DNA from: an uncultured Chthoniobacterales bacterium
GTDB taxonomy: Bacteria > Verrucomicrobiota > Verrucomicrobiia > Chthoniobacterales > JAATET01
NCBI GenBank assembly: GCA_964247025.1
Contig: CAXTSM010000016.1
Location: forward strand, 8,976 to 72,975
DNA length: 64,000 bases
Reading direction: 5' to 3'
Made by a program: the position numbers and the translations under genes. Shown piece after piece: positions 61,679-64,000 of the stretch. The notes beneath the pieces were generated by a model. That model was not told the origin of the DNA. It was given only the letters and a program-made list of their open reading frames with translations, and did no database searches. The stretch's first letter is position 1. Each line of letters begins with the position of its first letter.

Positions 61679-61729
61679 TTGCATCCCTCGCCCGGGAATT
61701 GCTTGCGGTATTCGACACCGATTAGCCCA

Positions 61730-63235
61730 ATGAACCTGTTGATCACCAGCCCCCACCGCATTTTCCGGTTCATCCGTGTCCCCGCAGGATTCGCGGTCGC
61801 GATCGCCCTCCTCCTCGCCGGCTGCTCGAAGCCGAACGACGACTCGCCCGACGTCATTGTGCTGCAGTCCGGCCGCATGCGCGGCAACGTCTACCCGCCC
61901 GCGCTCCAGAGCCTCTCCCCGCTGCAGCACTACCCCTATCTTGCCGGCTACGTGAAAAAAGTCCGCGAGGAAGCGGCGCGCACCGGCGCGAAGGTCGTCG
62001 TCGTCGACCTCGGCGACAGCCTCGGCGGATCCTTCGCCAGCCACGCCACCGGCTACGGCAACATGGTCGCGTTCTTCAACGAAACCGGCTACGACTTCGT
62101 GGTCCTCGGCAATCTCGACAACAACGTCCCCGCCGACGTCATCGCCCGCCTCCAGGCGAAGGTTCTCTGCCCCTTCGCCGCGCCCGACGGCCGCCCCGCC
62201 GTCACCGGCGCGCCCTTCGCCGCCCGCGCCGACCTCGCCGGCCTGCCGGTCGAGATGCTCGCCAATTTCTACGGCGACACCCCGGGCGAGAAATTCCCCG
62301 AGCGATTTCCCACCTGGTTCGGCAACACCGCCGCCAACGTCACGCCCGTTCGCGACTACACCGGCATCATGCAAAAACTCGGCCCCCGCCCGCCCGGCAC
62401 CCTCGCCCTGCTGAGCTGGATGAAATTCGAATCGCCCAAGGACCCCCCCGTCGCCTTCCTCGCCCAGCTCGAGAAACTCGGGATCAACGCCATCCTCGCC
62501 CACCGCATCTACTCCGGCCGCGAGCGGGACGCCTGGTCCGAAAAGACGTTCCACGACTGGAAGCCGCCCGTCTCGGAAAACATCCTTCGCGACAACGGCG
62601 GCTTCACCCTTGCCCGGCTCGACCTCAAGCGCGACGGCAACTCCTGGCGCGTGCTCCATCAGGAGCTCCTCCCCATGACGGCGAACACCGCCCCGGCCGA
62701 TGCCGAGGTCGTCGAGAAAGTCGCTCGATTCACCGACGCGATCCGCAACGCCGACAAGCCGCTGGGCGACATGGCCGAGCCCACGTCCGAGGACCGCATC
62801 CTTCTCGGTTACCTCTCCGCGCTCGCGGAGGTTCCCGGCACGCAGGTCGCCGCCTACTCGCGCCAGTCCATCCGTGACGAGTGGCCCGCCGGCCCGCTCA
62901 CCGCCAGCCGCGTCTATAACAGCCTCCCCTGGAGCACCCTCGTCGTCCAGCTCACGCTCACCCCCGGGCAGCTCGAGCGCTTCGGCAAAATGAGCGGCAT
63001 GCAGATGCTCGAGCGCCAGGATTTGCCGACGGGACAGCCCGTCGTCGTCACGACCTCCCGCTTCTTCGCCTCCCTCATCGCCCGCGCCGAGAAATTGCCC
63101 GCCGGCGCCATCCGCGACGCCTCGACCGGCTCGGAGTTCGACTACTTCGTCGCCTTCCTCTCGAAGGCCCCCAAGCCGCTCGCCTTCGCCGTCCCCGCCG
63201 GTTGGAGCTTCCGCGACCACCCGCCCAGCAACTAG
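61730..63235 (+). CDS. lipoprotein, 5'-nucleotidase/metallophosphoesterase-like with degenerate metal ligands
   Basis: Lipobox LLLAGC. ...VIVLQSGRMRGNVYP...VVVVDLGDSLGGS...GYDFVVLGNLDNN... aligns by eye to the UshA-type N-terminal domain, but DxH and GNHE are not conserved. Confidence 0.6.
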   Translation: MNLLITSPHRIFRFIRVPAGFAVAIALLLAGCSKPNDDSPDVIVLQSGRMRGNVYPPALQSLSPLQHYPYLAGYVKKVREEAARTGAKVVVVDLGDSLGGSFASHATGYGNMVAFFNETGYDFVVLGNLDNNVPADVIARLQAKVLCPFAAPDGRPAVTGAPFAARADLAGLPVEMLANFYGDTPGEKFPERFPTWFGNTAANVTPVRDYTGIMQKLGPRPPGTLALLSWMKFESPKDPPVAFLAQLEKLGINAILAHRIYSGRERDAWSEKTFHDWKPPVSENILRDNGGFTLARLDLKRDGNSWRVLHQELLPMTANTAPADAEVVEKVARFTDAIRNADKPLGDMAEPTSEDRILLGYLSALAEVPGTQVAAYSRQSIRDEWPAGPLTASRVYNSLPWSTLVVQLTLTPGQLERFGKMSGMQMLERQDLPTGQPVVVTTSRFFASLIARAEKLPAGAIRDASTGSEFDYFVAFLSKAPKPLAFAVPAGWSFRDHPPSN

Positions 63236-63236
63236 G

Positions 63237-63908
63237 ATGGCGATGAAACCCCGCGAAATCCTTCTGGCCAGCGCCGTCGGCGTGCTGCTCGTCATCGCCG
63301 CCATCGCCTGGATCATCGGTCACGGCGACGACGCCAGCGGCGCCGCCAGCGCCCGCAACCTCCAGCAATGGGGCATCGCGCTGAACCTTTATCTCATCGA
63401 CAACGAGGCGCAGCTCCCCGAGGTCGGCGCCGCTCCCATCGCGGCCGGACAGGAAAAGGCCTGGTATAACACCCTGCCCACCTACCTCAGCCAGACCCCG
63501 CTCGCGGAGCTTCCTCCCGGCCAGCGGCCCCGGCCGGGCACGCCTTCCTTGTGGATCGACCCCGCCTCGAAAAAGCCGCATACCTGGGATCCCGAGGTTT
63601 TCTTTTTCAACTACGCGATGAACCGGGCGCTGCAGCCCCAGGCCGACGTGCGCAGCTTCAAGGTCAACGAGCTCAACTACCCCGGCAACGTCGTCTTTCT
63701 TACCGAGGTGAGCGACTACGAGCCCGCCGTCACCCCGGAGACGGTCGCGTTCCTCCACGGCAAGCGGCCCGGCAGCCCGACCGCGATCGCGAACGTCCTC
63801 TTCTGCGACGGCCATGTCGCCCCCGTCACCCGGGCCGTGCTCGTGGACGACGCCGCCTCGCGCTCCGCCGCCGCCGCGGAACACGGCGTCTCCTGGTTCG
63901 AACAATAG
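63237..63908 (+). CDS. DUF1559-like (pseudopilin-like, ...DGH C-terminal motif) protein without canonical prepilin cleavage motif
   Basis: N-terminal TM helix, ...ARNLQQWGIALNLYLIDNEAQLP (DUF1559-like), and C-terminal ...NVLFCDGHVAPV. The start is 1 nt after the previous stop. Confidence 0.6.
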   Translation: MAMKPREILLASAVGVLLVIAAIAWIIGHGDDASGAASARNLQQWGIALNLYLIDNEAQLPEVGAAPIAAGQEKAWYNTLPTYLSQTPLAELPPGQRPRPGTPSLWIDPASKKPHTWDPEVFFFNYAMNRALQPQADVRSFKVNELNYPGNVVFLTEVSDYEPAVTPETVAFLHGKRPGSPTAIANVLFCDGHVAPVTRAVLVDDAASRSAAAAEHGVSWFEQ

Positions 63909-64000
63909 CCACAAAGAACGCAAGGATCTCACCGGCCTGAACGTCCGCGCTTCCTCGCGGCTACTCCCCGATGACGCTGATCGCGAGCCCGCGCACATGC

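Overview
High-GC chromosomal segment. The gene content points to Verrucomicrobiota, probably Opitutales (inference, no search possible): a PEP-CTERM-anchored protein built of autotransporter-associated beta-strand repeats, a DUF1559/prepilin-like protein, and few obvious Shine-Dalgarno sites. I call about 55 protein-coding genes, almost all housekeeping.

Gene content, left to right:
- an exopolysaccharide export block at the left edge (OM barrel, Wza-like, Wzc/GumC-like, Wzx flippase, hybrid kinase)
- cysH, tkt, and leuC/leuD split by a TraB/GumN gene
- a CBS-type family II pyrophosphatase and a 1113-aa PEP-CTERM protein
- DUF485-actP, an RRM RNA-binding protein, a PduO-type adenosyltransferase and an AaeXAB-like efflux set
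- a complete F1Fo operon (atpBEFHAGDC)
- a GT2-asnB-GT4 glycan cluster, purA and uppS
- an orphan sigma-54 activator, a pabC-like gene, mfd, a surA-like gene and pdxA
- amt-glnK, an MsbA-like ABC exporter, a degenerate 5'-nucleotidase-like lipoprotein and a DUF1559-like protein

I recognised no rRNA, tRNA, CRISPR array, transposase, integrase or defence system.

The unusual signals are in the non-coding DNA:
1. A recurring start-codon-proximal element. It consists of tandem 8-10-mers ending in ...ATCTGCGGA, ...CCGTGGTTAA or ...TTCTGTC, 4-25 nt before an ATG, with an inverted copy 38-75 nt upstream. The arm sequences differ between loci but stay complementary within each locus. It occurs in three consecutive atp spacers, in a divergent efflux promoter region and upstream of the sigma-54 activator.
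2. REP/BIME-like palindrome arrays (3 x 105 bp, about 5.7 x 143 bp, and one isolated pair).
3. A 66-nt near-perfect palindrome inserted in frame in a GT4 glycosyltransferase gene.
4. A 6 x 42-bp tandem repeat.
5. A perfect CRP-type palindrome and a good sigma-54 promoter upstream of amt.

At the protein level, several signalling or enzyme domains look catalytically degenerate: a BY-kinase-like domain, a receiver with Glu at the phospho-acceptor position, and a 5'-nucleotidase-like lipoprotein.

All calls come from reading the ORF track and the sequence by eye. Start codons are best guesses, and family names are recognition-based, not search-verified.
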